Below, piece by piece: positions 26,901 to 38,812 of a stretch of 64,000 nt of DNA. This DNA is from Scyliorhinus canicula (Eukaryota): contig NC_052158.1 of assembly GCF_902713615.1 (NCBI RefSeq), positions 13,636,546-13,700,545 on the forward strand, in the 5' to 3' direction. The notes below the pieces were generated by a model. That model had not been told where the DNA came from and searched no databases. It saw only the letters and a list, made by a program, of their open reading frames with translations. Position numbers and translations under genes: made by a program. The stretch's first letter is position 1. Each line of letters starts with the position of its first letter.

Positions 26901-27695
26901 CTTGGTGAACTGGAGGAGAAGTTTGAGCTCCCCCGGGGAATATGTTCAGGTACCTTCAGGTCAAGGCGCTTGCTAGCCGACAGGTGGAGGGGTTCCCTTT
27001 CCTGCCCCCGGGGGGGGGGGGTAAGGGATAGGGTGCTTTCGGGGGTGTGGGTCGGGGATGGGAAGGTGTCTGACATCTACCAGGTAATGCAGGAAGTGGG
27101 GGAGGCGTCGGTAGAGGAGCTGAAGGCTAAGTGGGAGGTGGAGCTGGGGGAGCAGATTGAGGAGGGGACATGGGTGGACGCCCTGGAGAGGGTGAACTCC
27201 TCCTCTTCATGTGCGAGGCTTAGTCTCATCCAGTTCAAGGTGCTGCACCGGGCCCACATGTCCGGATCTAAGATGAGTAGGTTCTTTGGGGGTGAAGACA
27301 TGTGCGTCAGGTGTTCGGGGAGTCCAGTGAACCATGCCCATATGTTCTGGGCATGCCCGGCACTGGAGGAGTTCTGGAAGGGCGTGGCAGGGACAGTGTC
27401 GAGGGTGGTGGGATCCAGGGTCAAGCCAGGCTGGGAACTCGCGATATTTGGGGTTGGGGTGGAGCCGGGAGTGCAGGAGGCGAAAGTGGCCGATGTCTTG
27501 GCCTTTGCATCCCTAGTAGCCCGGCGGAGGATCTTGCTGCAGTGGAAAGATGCGAGACCTCCGCGTGTGGAGACCTGGATCAATGGCATGGCGGGATTCA
27601 TTAAGCTGGAGAGGGTTAAATTTGCCCTGAGGGGGTCGGTACAAGGGTTCTTTAGGCGGTGGCAGCTTTTCCTCGACTTTCTGGCTCAACGATAA
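23930..27695 (+). pseudogene. L1-type ORF2p (APE endonuclease, RT, Cys-rich C-terminus); frameshifts near 24700-24900, then 932 open codons
   Basis: LITWNVRGLN, MLQETH, GGDFNTVLD, SDHAP; LDAEKAFDRVEW, QGCPLSP, YADDLLL; CVRCSGSPVNHAHMFWAC. Confidence 0.93.
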
Positions 27696-28354
27696 GGTAC
27701 TAGGTCAGCAGCAGCTCAACCGGGGGGAAGGGAGGGGGGAAAGGGGGGGGGGTTAGGGGGATAGTGTTTAAGTTAATTTGCTTATCGTTAATTTATTCTG
27801 TTGTTTAGTGGGGTTCGGGGGTGGGGGGGTTTGTTATATGCGTTGTTACGTGTGCCGGGGGTGTTTATTATTATTATTGTTATTGTTATTATTGTTTTGT
27901 TGATATATATTTTGAAAAAATTCCAATAAAAATTATTTTTTTTAAAAAGGTGTTTTGACGAATCACAACTACCCATTGACCCTGACATTAGACGAGGAAG
28001 ACTGCAGTGCTGGACCCATTTGGAGCCAGAGGCCTAAAATCAAGCTTCTCCTACTAATTATGTTATACTAAGCATACTCTACACCCCCCCCCCCCCCCAC
28101 CCACAGTCACCCATGTACTGAATTTCAAAATGTAGCATTTTTAAAGAAAGCTATCGAATTTGCAGTTCCATAAACAAATCTTAACCGTTTTCATCATTCC
28201 CTAAGACTCGTTTCATAGATTCACCACTTGTTACTGAAATATTTTTATTCCCTCCTGATGAATCCCTTGAACTGCAGGTCATGTCTTCTGGTTCTACTAT
28301 TCAATGTTTCCAAATGTCAATTTGCTTTGTTCTTTTTCTTTGCCTCTACCACAG

Positions 28355-28500
28355 TCCTTACTGGGGATGTAGCCTCTCGTGGTCTGAATTGTCTAGCCCC
28401 ATTACAATCCCAAAGGCAATAATCATATTCCCGCTAAACCATTGCTCTTTCAATTTCCATATCTTTACGCATAATTGAATCCCTCCAACGGCTCATTCAA
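28355..28500 (+). pseudogene. Gene C candidate stalk/TM exon, frameshifted
   Basis: Very strong acceptor ttgctttgttctttttctttgcctctaccacag; frames give NCLAP, PKAIIIFPL and TIALSISISLRII, echoing gene A NCLEP...WKIIIF; at least one frameshift needed; 3' end hit by a retroposon tail at about 28498-28570. Confidence 0.42.
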
Positions 28501-30099
28501 AGAACAAAGAACAATACGGCAAAGGAACAGGCCCTTCGGCCCTCCAAGCCTGTACCGGTCATAATACCAAAAAAAATCATTCTGATTGTTATTTTTGTGC
28601 CCCTAAAATAACTGCACTATCGGTTTATGCAATTTGTATTTTCATTGTGCTTTGTTGAGTGCATCAGGTGTCATGAAATGAAAGTGTGCAGCACCGAGCG
28701 CAATGTTGTGCATCGGGCATAATGGACAGATAGCCATCCTTCTCCCTCAAATTAGAGAGCATCTACACACAGTACCTCCTCGCTCACACAAGTAATGCTG
28801 TCAGAATTGGTAGGTACAGGCCAGAATATTCAGCTGGGGAAACTCTCTTGGACGATGGTGAGAGCAGGAAATGCCGAATCTTTTACACACCACAATTTTA
28901 ATTTTCTTGATGTGGTTTAAAATGGACCCTTTCGACCAAAACCAATTTCAGCCCTGGTGTGGACAATGGTCGTGTCTACAATATTTGGAGGAGGAGGAGA
29001 TGTTTGACTTTGCCACCTCTGCTCGTCCTTTATAACTCTCGCCTGATCCTCATCCGATTGATTCCTGTGTCAAGAAATTCAGATCGGCTCCGTCAAGAGC
29101 GGCAGACGGACGGGCGGGAGAAAGGGGGGTTCTGGTGTCCATCAGATTACCTTCCCGGCGGTAAAGTTGAAAATCTACGTCGCGGGGAGATTAATATGTT
29201 CAATGGCTTTACAGAATAAAAGCGTATGTAGAAGAAATTGGAAAACACATAAGTAAAACATGGAAATCCTCCTGAATCGCTACCGAAAATGTATGAGCGT
29301 CCCATTGCAAGTATCCACCACTATCTATGTTACGAGCAATCTGTCCCTCAATAATACTCGGCAGGAAATTTATTGATTTGACATATTATAGCAGCTTAAT
29401 TCTGTTTATTTCTGTGCATTTCTCATATCTGCTCTTAGCTTAACTATTTCCGGAAGCAGTAGAAATAGACCTCTCTTCAGTGCGTGTCAACAATTGGTCT
29501 GCTACGTGACTTCAGGCACTTTAAAATTAAACGTTGCGATCATTCGTAATATTGAAAGCCACGACAACGTTTTCTGCACGTGCGATGTTTAAAATAGCAA
29601 TCTGATTGCACAGAACGCTCAGCCGCCTTTACCATTGACACCTGGCGGGTGGTGCAGGCAGCTCCTCTCTACATAGAAGCTAAACACCTAACAACGTTCA
29701 TTCATCCTTGCACCTCTGCCCTTGTTGACTGGCGTTAAGAAAGCGTTGCTTTTTCAGGTTTCAGACTTCAACGTCTGTTGCAGTTTGTGTCACGGTGGCC
29801 TGAATATCCATTTTTTTCAATATATCAGTGACATCTGTAAATCAACTTTGCAACATTAAAGATGAGTTGCAATTCTGAACAGAAAGCAATTCATCTCCTA
29901 TTAAGCCAGGAGGTGCCCTGGTTGCACCACGTGGTCTTAAAGGGAGAGATGATGTTGTCTATCGGTACATTTTAGCAAAACATAATACTCTGTTACTTTC
30001 ATAATACTCAAGTTCTTATAAAACATTTGGCGTTACCCGACTTGTAGACCTTGGATAGGTCAGCTAGTCTTTTAACAAAATAACATTTGTATTCATAGA

Positions 30100-30400
30100 G
30101 TAGAATCCCTATAGTGCAGAAGGAGGCCATTCGGCCCATCGTGTCTGCACCAATCCATGTCTCACCCTATCCTTGCAAACCCATAATCTCACATTCACAT
30201 CCCTGGGCACTAACGGCAAATTTATCACGGCCAATCCACCTACCCCGTACATCTTTGGAATGTGCGAGGAAACGGAAGCAATCGGAGGTAACCCACACAG
30301 AAACAGACACATACAAACTCCACACAGACAGGCACCTGAGGCCGGGATTGAACCCGGGTCCGTGGCGCTGTGAGGCAGCAGTGTGCTACCGTGCCGCCCC
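30100..30400 (-). mobile_element. HE1/V-SINE-like SINE
   Basis: catagagtagaatccctatagtgcagaaggaggccattcggccc...accgtgccgcccc. Confidence 0.88.
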
Positions 30401-31115
30401 TTTTGATGTGATGTTTCCTGAATGAACTAACAGATAATGTAAAATTAACGAAGCACAATAGTTAATAATGTAAAGGCTTGTTGTGAAATGGCAAGTACCA
30501 ATGCTTTAGGCTTAGAGAAGTTGCCTCAATCTGTGTTTGACTTCCCAGGCCACCTGTGAGTCTGTATTCTCACAGACAGGTTTTAGTTCACTTCGCTTCT
30601 TGGTGGCCGTGAATCTGAGATCTCGTCGAGTTCATCTGCAGGATATTACAATTGGATGGGTTAAGGGCATGTTAGAGTTCAAGAGGAGCTGATACACTTA
30701 CTGCAGCAATTGTTCAGAGTTCTTTTCGATGCCTCTTTGCCGATTGGTGCTGGGTTGCGGATGAGTGGACTGTGGTTCTGCTGGTCATTAGTTCGCTCTA
30801 TCTCTCTCAACCCTGTTTCAAAAATAGAGGTGAAGCAGCCGATCGTATCTGTCCTAACATTTTCAAACATAATAATAATCTAATAATAGTAATAGCTTAT
30901 TGTCACACGTAGGCGTCAATGAAGTTCCTCTGAAAAGCCCCTAGTCGTCACATTCCGGCTCCTGTTCGGGGAGGCCGGTACGGGACTTCAACCCGCGCTG
31001 CAGACTTTGTTCTGGATTACAAGCCAGCTATTTCGCTCACGGTGCTAAAACAGCCCCTGGTTTAGGGATAACTGATCCCTACTCAATCTTTATCATTTCC
31101 TTGCAATTTCCTTAG

Positions 31116-31169
31116 CCTCAATTAATTGCGGCTGGTATACAGACCTTAATGGACAGCCAGAAACAATCT
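31116..31169 (+). pseudogene. Gene C ITAM exon 1 (SINCGWYTDLNGQPETI + first base of second Tyr)
   Basis: Acceptor tttatcatttccttgcaatttccttag, donor T|gtaaag, 54 nt, phase 1 to 1. Confidence 0.62.
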
Positions 31170-31290
31170 GTAAAGTGCGTTAGACGGAGTATGTGGATGA
31201 ACACCCAATGTAAAATAAAAATACACATGGCCATTTAAACACCAACCAAGTAAAAGATACCCTACTCGAAATACTTCTGTTTCTCTCCAG

Positions 31291-31309
31291 ATTCTGACTG
31301 AAACACAAA
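31291..31309 (+). pseudogene. Gene C ITAM exon 2 (T|AT TCT GAC TGA: Y-S-D-stop, followed by N-T-K)
   Basis: Acceptor atacttctgtttctctccag after a 121-nt intron; TGA sits where the ITAM Leu is expected. Confidence 0.6.
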
Positions 31310-32280
31310 GTATGTATGCCGGTGTGTACATGTAGTGTGTGTGCGTGTGATATATGTATATCTATAACTATTGTGAGTTGGAAAGAAAACATATTTGTTC
31401 CTACATTATCCAAATTTTCAATCATTAACTAACGCAATATATCAATTCATTTAAACACATGCTGTGCGAAATCTATAGTATAAGTCCACACTGTCCTTTG
31501 TATCCATGGAGCATACGTTGCATTTTTGCATCGTATCAGAAGTTACTGAAAAGGTTAATGAAGAGGACACCACATTCAAACAGCTCACTGGCCATGCCTT
31601 CCTGACTCCTGTCACAGACATATTTTGTGTCCTTTCCTTTACTTTCTGCGAGGTGGACAATCTCTCCATTTACAATGGAATGTTCTCCCAGTGGCTTTGG
31701 AGCTCTTTTGCCCATTTAATACCACCAAGTTGGATGTATTTATTCATCCCATTGCAACTGTCTCATATTTACTTCAATTTCAATTTACTCCTTTATTGAT
31801 TCGGCATGATGTCCTGTGGTGTCTATTCATTTCACGTGCTAACTACGTGATTTCTCAAACGTGGTTATGTCCATGCAGAATATTTAATAACTATTTTCCA
31901 AGAGATTATACAATACCGACAAATGTTGACAATTGCAGATGTAATTTACGATGTGGTTTGTTGCTGATATTACCTTGAGAGATGACAATACAACATCAAA
32001 GCTCAGATCCCCTGAATCCAAGGCAGGAAATGGCTGCGATTACATCCCCTCCACAGACCATAGATTTAATTCCCAGACAAGCATTCAGCACAAAAATAGT
32101 TAAAGGATGAGGGATGTTGATTTATTCCTATCACGGCATGCATGTAGGATCAAGGAAAACCCAAAAGCTTTCTATAGGTATGTCAGGAATAAAAGAATGA
32201 CTAGGGTAAGAGTAGGGCCAGTCAAGGACAGTGGTGGGACGTTGTGTGTGGAGGCTGAGGAGATAAGCGAGATACTAAAT

Positions 32281-33539
32281 CAGTGGTTCTCAACCAGGGT
32301 CCACATGGGGGTCCATGTAACATTACTGGGGGTCCACACAAAAAAAATACCGAATCAGGGGTCCACGGTGATATTTTAGTGGTCCATAGAGCAATTCTAC
32401 TTCAGAACAATTGTTATTACTGAGAATTAAATTTTTACAGTAATCTACGCCATATTAAAATACTAAAAGTAGAAATATTCATGTAGCTATGATTTTTTTA
32501 TGGCAATCAAGTAGAAGAAAAAAACTTTACATTTGACAGTGTCGTAAATTTAAAGTTACCTAGAACAAACGGAGGTGAAAATCACCCATCTTTTCTCAGG
32601 TAGCAGGCAGCGACCTTAGATGTTTGTTTTCATGATGAATATTCACCTTTCTCTCTCTCTCTCTCTCTCTCGAACTGACAAAGGTCAAAGAGAGATTATA
32701 ATCTATCTAATTTACCTTGCGGGCTGAAGGGGCTCAGAACCAAAAAGGTGCATTTGCTGTGGCCCTAATTGTCCCACTAATCTCCCTTGGAGTAGTTTAC
32801 CACGCTAATGAAGGAAGGATTAAGCAAGCTCGGTTTAGTGACCTACTCATGATGGATATACCAACTTGGGTGGCAATTCCTTTTGAAGTTAATGCTGCCG
32901 ATGTAGACATTTCTTTACAGGAGACCCTCATTGAATTACAAAGTGATGAAATATTGCACGCAAAATTCAAAGATGGGAAGCATAATATATGGAAAACAAA
33001 TGACACTGCTAAAAAGTACCCACTACTCTGGGATAAAGCACAGCTCTACGTTATAGCTTTTCCATCATCTTACCTTGTTGAATCAGGATTTAGTCGTGTT
33101 TTTCACTTATTATCAAAAGCTCGTAATAGACTCGACATTGTGAAAAAGGGTGATCTTCGACTATCATTGACCTCGATGGAGCCGAATATTAAAAAACTCG
33201 CTGAGCAGCATCAACCACGGATCTCATTGAATAAATCTGCATTTTTTTCTTAATTACTCACTTAGGCCTATCTTAAAATGGTTTATTATGAATTATTTAC
33301 TAGTGTACATAATGCTCTATAGACTTTAATTGTTAAATATGTTTATTTGCAATAAATTCGTTTTCCTTCAAAATAAAGCATAATCATTTACTATTTCTTT
33401 AATATTTGATACAATTCCTTTACTTTTTTGTTAGTGAAAAATATAAGAAGCTTTTTTTCTGTGGAATGGCTATGGGGGTCCACAAAAAAAAATTAAGAGG
33501 AAAAGGGGTCCATGGGTTAAAAAAGATTGAGAACCACTG
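32281..33539 (+). mobile_element. Non-autonomous hAT (Buster/Charlie-type) DNA transposon, 1259 bp
   Basis: TIRs CAGTGGTTCTCAACC / GATTGAGAACCACTG (14/15), perfect 8-bp TSD TACTAAAT with central TA (32273-32280, 33540-33547), subterminal GGGGTCCA repeats. Confidence 0.96.
32830..33230 (+). pseudogene. C-terminal fragment of Buster-type transposase (hAT dimerisation domain)
   Basis: YPLLWDKAQLYVIAFPSSYLVESGFSRV...RNRLDIVKKGDLRLSLTSMEPNIKKL. Confidence 0.88.
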
Positions 33540-35879
33540 TACTAAATGAATACTTTTCGTCAGTATTCACTCAGGAAAAAGATAATGTTGTGGAGGAGAA
33601 TGTTGAGACCCAGGCTATTAGAATAGATGGCATTGAGGTGCGTAGGGAAGAAGTGTTGGCAATTCTGGACAAGGTGAAAATAGATAAGTCCCCGGGGCCT
33701 GATGGGATTTATCCTAGGATTCTCTGGGAAGCCAGGGAAGAGATTGCTGAGCCTTTGGCTTTGATTTTTATGTCATCATTGGCTACAGGAATAGTGCCAG
33801 AGGACTGGAGGATAGCAAATGTGGTCCCTTTGTTCAAGAAGGGGAGTAGAGATAATCCCGTTAACTATAGGCCGGTGAGCCTCACGTCTGTTGTGGGTAA
33901 AGTCTTAGAGAGGATTATAAGAGATACGATTTATAATCATCTAGATAGGAATAATGTGATTAGGGATAGTCAGCATGGTTTTGTGAAGGGTAGGTCATGC
34001 CTCACAAACCTTATCGAGTTCTTTGAGAAGGTGACTGAACAGGTAGACGAGGGTAGAGCAATTGATGTGGTGTATATGGATTTCAGTAAAGCGTTTGATA
34101 AGGTTCCCCACGGTCGGCTATTGCAGAAAATACGAAGGCTGGGGATTGAGGGTGATTTAGAGATGTGGATCAGAAATTGGCCAGTTGAAAGAAGACAGAG
34201 GGTGGTGGTTGATTGCAAATGTTCAGAATGGAGTTCAGTTACGAGTGGCGTACCACAAGGATCTGTTCTGGGGCCGTTGCTGTTTGTTATTTTTATAAAT
34301 GACCTAGGGGAGGGCACAGAAGGTTGGGTGAGTAAATTTGCAGACGACACTAAAGTCGGTGGAGTTGTAGACAGTTGTTGCAGGTTACAGAGGGACATAA
34401 ATAAGCTGGAGAGCTGGGCTGAGAGGTGGCAAATGGAGTTTAATGTAGAGAAATGTGAGGTGATTCACTTTGGAAAGAATAACAGGAATGCGGAATATTT
34501 GGCTAATGGTAAAATTCTTGGTAGTGTGGATGAGCAGAGGGATCTCGGTGTCCATGTACATAGATCCCTGAAAGTTGCCATTCAGGTTGATAGGGTTGTG
34601 AAGAAGGCCTATGGTGTGTTGGCCTTTATTGGTAGAGGGATTGAGTTCCGGAGCCATGAGGTCATGTTGCAGCTGTACAAAACTCTGGTACGGCCGCATT
34701 TGGAGTATTGCATACAGTTCTGGTCGCCTCATTATAGGAAGGACGTGGAAGCTTTGGAACGGGTGCAGAGGAGATTTACCAGGATGTTGCCTGGTATGGA
34801 GGGAAAATCTTATGAGGAAAGGCTGATGGACTTGAGGTTGTTTTCATTAGAGAGAAGATGGTTAAGAGGTGACTTAATAGAGGCATACAAAATGATCAGA
34901 GGGTTAGATAGGGTGGACAGTGAGAGCCTTCTCCCGCGGATGGAGGTGGCTAGCACGAGGGGGCATAGCCTTAAATTGAGGGGTAATAGATATAGGACAG
35001 AGGTCAGAGGTAGGTTTTTTACGCAAAGAGTGGTGAGGCCGTGGAATGCCCTACCTGCAACAGTAGTGACCTCGCCAGCATTGAGGGCATTTAAAAGTTT
35101 ATTGGATAAGCATATGGATGATAATGGCATAGTGTAGGTTAGATGGCCTTTAGTTTTTGACTTCCCATGTCGGTGCAACATCGTGGGCCGAAGGGCCTGT
35201 ACTGCGCTGTATCGTTCTATGTTCTATGTTCTATGTCACCTTTCCCCTGTGCGCACTAATATTAAAATAACATGGACCTTCAGAACCTATAATTGGTATT
35301 AATGAGATTAACTGCAGTAAACCTTTATTATAGTGAAGTAGTGAAGCTAATTCACTATTGTCTGCACAAGTCAGATCTTCAGAGATAAGATCAGGAGTAG
35401 ACTATTCGGCATTATGTATCTGTTGTACCACTTGATCACATCGTGATTGGTTTAGTTAGAGCCTTAAGTCCACTTTCCTACCGCTGCCTCATAACCCTTG
35501 ACTCCCTTGTAGAACAAAAAATCAAGATTGTCTTTACTGTAGAAATGAATGCGCTATTATACAAAATGTTAAAATCTGGATAATATTAGTCCAGGTTCTC
35601 ACTGCATCACTTTCTGTTCAACCACTGAAGGATTCACACAATAAGATATGTTGAGTGACACTATTTCACCATTCCACTGGGAAAACAAACTTGGTGATAG
35701 TATTTCGAGAGATCCAGATATTTCCTCCTATTGAGCAGTAGACATCATCAGGAATCTACTGAGTAGAGGCTTCAAGAATCTGTAACTCGCTGATAGCTAA
35801 ATACGAAATTGCTAGTTCCACTATCTACGGCGTCAATAGCGAAATCTCGTCCTATGTGCGTGCAGCCTCAACAACTCAA

Positions 35880-36270
35880 CCATCCAGCCCGCTTGATTGG
35901 CACCCATCCACAGCCTCCAACAGGTACACCTTTCAGCACCAACGCTCAATGGCAGAAGTGTGTACCATCTGCGAGTGCACTGCAGCAACCCTCCAAGGCT
36001 CCTTTGTCAGCACCTGCTAGAAGGACATGGACAGCATATACATGGGAACCACCATCTGTAAGTTCCTCTCCGAGCCACACACTACCCTCATTTATCGCAG
36101 TTCCTTCACAGTCGCTGCGTCAATATGCTGCAATTCCCTTCCTAATGGGGCAATGCGTGTACCTACACCACATGGACTGCACCGGACGAAGGAAGCAGCT
36201 CACCGCCACTCTCTCAAGTGAAATTTTGGGTGGACAATAAATGTTGGCCTAGTCAGCGAGGCCCACATCC
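35880..36270 (+). mobile_element. 3' fragment of the older CR1-like family (also about 14750-15030, 41410-41780, 45560-46010)
   Basis: cagcccgcttgattggcacc, acaccacatggactgca, gcagctcaccgccac, aataaatgttggcc. Confidence 0.75.
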
Positions 36271-37819
36271 TGTAAAATAACAAATACAAATAATAACATT
36301 CTCACCAAGAGATCAAGGGAGAGTTCAGTTGAAGATTTATTTTAACAGGATTTATGGGGAAGGTGGAATAGAGGGAGGATGCGTTGCCACAAGGAGGAGT
36401 GAATGATAGCGCGACTGATCGTTCTAATTACAAAATATCTTTATGTGGCAGAGCTATTATTCCATAAGGTAATATTTATTGGTGACTCAGTGGATGGGTG
36501 GATTCCGCTATCTCTCCCGTTCTCTGGGAGGGGGATCTCAGAGCCTTGAAACATTCAAACCGGGGCGACAGCCCCTTTCATTTAACTTGTCGCTAACTTT
36601 TGAGTGAAATTATTTGAAGTTATTCAAAAACCCTGGAAAAGTATAACTCAACTTATATCTAGAAATACATCACACAAACTGTTTGCTTCATTCCATTCGG
36701 CAGTTCTTAGTAACTAAAAAGCAAACAACAGGAAACAAGGAAATCACATCTTGTCGAATTACATCAATATCGTTCACAGCTTTTTAATAGAAGCCTGGTT
36801 TCCTTATTCAAGGTGGTTTGATCCATCTGTTTATCTGCATACGTTTTTCAATTGTCTGAACTGTAATGGAAAAGAGTGAATCGACTGTGAGTTGCATTTC
36901 CCATCCTGCGACGAATATGCTCTTTGCAACGTTTCCAATCTCTATTTCACATTTGCAGGTTTTGTTTTTTACCGAAACGGCGATCAATCACTTGAGTTTA
37001 GTACAATATGGGATGATCAAATGTGTCTCTGGTTCTAATTTTGAATCCCTGCTGTCAATCAATTAGTGCATCAATGCCCTCAGGTATCTGAGGCTCTAAG
37101 GCTCTCTCTGTCAGCTCTGGGCTTTTAGTCATTTTTCTAATGTTGGCCGGAATTTTCCCGGTCGTTGCGATTCACTTTTTCCGTCAGTTTCACAGCGGCG
37201 TGGGCTGGAAACCCCCAATGACAAGCGGCGGGAAGGTAGAATCCCGTCGCCGGCGAACCGCGTGCCACCGAGAAACCTGAGGCTGGGAAGACGGCTAAAT
37301 CCCATCTGCATATTTTTCCCAAATCACCAGCGTTTCTTTTGGCCCTGTCCCCGCTGTGATACTGACCAGTGCAGCGTTTCTTTCATTCACGCTTTAGTCC
37401 AGAGGCATTCAGCCTTGCATACCTCCCCCCCCCCCCCCCCCCCCCCAACAACCGCCCCTCCTCCACCCCCTGAACTTATCAAGTTACCAAGCTGAAAATT
37501 CTGAGATTCACTCACTGACCTCCGGTAAAGTAATTGTAACTGTACGTAGACACGGTAGTATTGCCATCCATGTCTACCGACAGATAATCGACATGTTTAT
37601 ATGATGCCAACGTTAGACCCGATGAAGCAAAAGATGCGATATTATTTGTCATCCGTGTGAAATAGATATTCCTTGCGAGTTCTGTTTCTTACAACTCTCT
37701 GCATGTTTGAATCTTATTACAGCGGGTGGTTAGGCTTCGTGTTCAGTGCCTAAAGTCTGAGCGAATCAGCCCGGCTGTGGTCCTGGTAGTTCGGTCACCT
37801 CCAACTTTAGAAATGCACC

Positions 37820-38320
37820 GAATACCTGAAGTAACAAACATATACACAAACAAATGTACATGCAAGCTAACAAACATACATAAAACATAAACATGGTTAC
37901 AAATATAGAGACAAGCATACATACAAACAAACATATATACATACAAGCAAACAGACATGCACAAAACATACTAAAGGGATCATCCTTTAAAGCAGAGATG
38001 TGGAGGAATTTCTTGAGCCAGAGGGTGGTGAATCTATGGAACACTTTGCCGCAAAAGGCTGTGGAGGCCAAATTACTGAGCGTCATTAAGACAGATATCG
38101 ATAGGTTCTTGATTAATAAGGGGATCAGGGTTTATAGGGAGAAGGCAGGAGAATAGGGATGAGAAAAATATCAGCCATGATCGAATGGCAGAGCAGACTC
38201 GAGTGGCCTAATTCTGTTCCTATATCTTATGGTCTTATACAAACATACATATATTCATACATATATATAAGCATGCCAACGTCCAGACATACATACAAAC
38301 ACATATGAACACATATATAC
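37820..38320. repeat. ACAT/AAAC-rich low-complexity tract split by a CR1 3' fragment (about 37975-38235)
   Basis: aacaaacatatacacaaacaaatgtacatgc... on both sides of aaagcagagatgtggaggaatttcttgagccagagggtgg... Confidence 0.8.
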
Positions 38321-38567
38321 AGGCGAATTAAGAGCAGGAGTAGGCCACTCGACCCCTCAGTAATAGCATCGCTGATCTGATTGTAACCTGAACTCCACCT
38401 TCCTGCCGACCCCAAAAATCTTTAACCCACTTGCTTATCAAGAATCTATCTAGCTCTGCTTAAAGTACATAAAGACATCGCTTCCAAAATATTTTCAGGA
38501 ACATAGTTCAAAAGACTCGACACCCTCTCCTCTAGGTGAAATAAAATTTTTCTTCATTTCTGTTTTT

Positions 38568-38812
38568 ACATAGAATTTACAGTGCAGAAGGAGGCCATTC
38601 GGCCCATCGAGTCTGCACCGGCTCTTGGAAAGAGTACCCTACCCAAACCCATACCTCCACCCTATCCCCATAACCCAGTAACCCCACCTAACACTAAGGG
38701 CAATTTGGACCCTGAGGGCAATTTAGCCTGGCCAATTCACCCAACCTGCACATCTTTGGACTGTGGGAGGAAACCGGAGCACCCGGAGGAAACCCACGCA
38801 CACACGGGGAGA
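38568..38812 (-). mobile_element. 5'-truncated V-SINE-like copy
   Basis: catagaatttacagtgcagaaggaggccattcggcccatcgagtc...cacacggggagaacg. Confidence 0.88.

Larger units (their letters stand above)
22343..27945 (+). mobile_element. Full-length Tx1/L1-clade LINE with 15-bp target-site duplication
   Basis: TSD aaaggtgctttgacg (22328-22342) / aaaggtgttttgacg (27946-27960); ORF1 and ORF2 present; AATAAA at 27925. Confidence 0.96.
32144..35235 (+). mobile_element. 5'-truncated young CR1 LINE interrupted by a hAT element; RT to C-terminus open (33540-35137)
   Basis: All CR1 RT motifs intact incl. FADDTK; (TTCTATG)3 tail; removing the insert restores GAG ATA CTA AAT GAA TAC. Confidence 0.96.

Noticed and set aside
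24416-27604. Many antisense and alternate-frame ORFs overlapping the L1
   Set aside because: Shadow ORFs of GC-rich LINE ORF2 with no independent motifs
37516-37567. Minus-strand ATG exon MAILPCLRTVTITLPEV with phase-1 donor A|gtgagt, as leader for gene A
   Set aside because: Phase fits, but the hydrophobic core is weak (R, T, P, E), it is 23 kb from the V exon and gene C would be nested in the intron; kept only as a fallback
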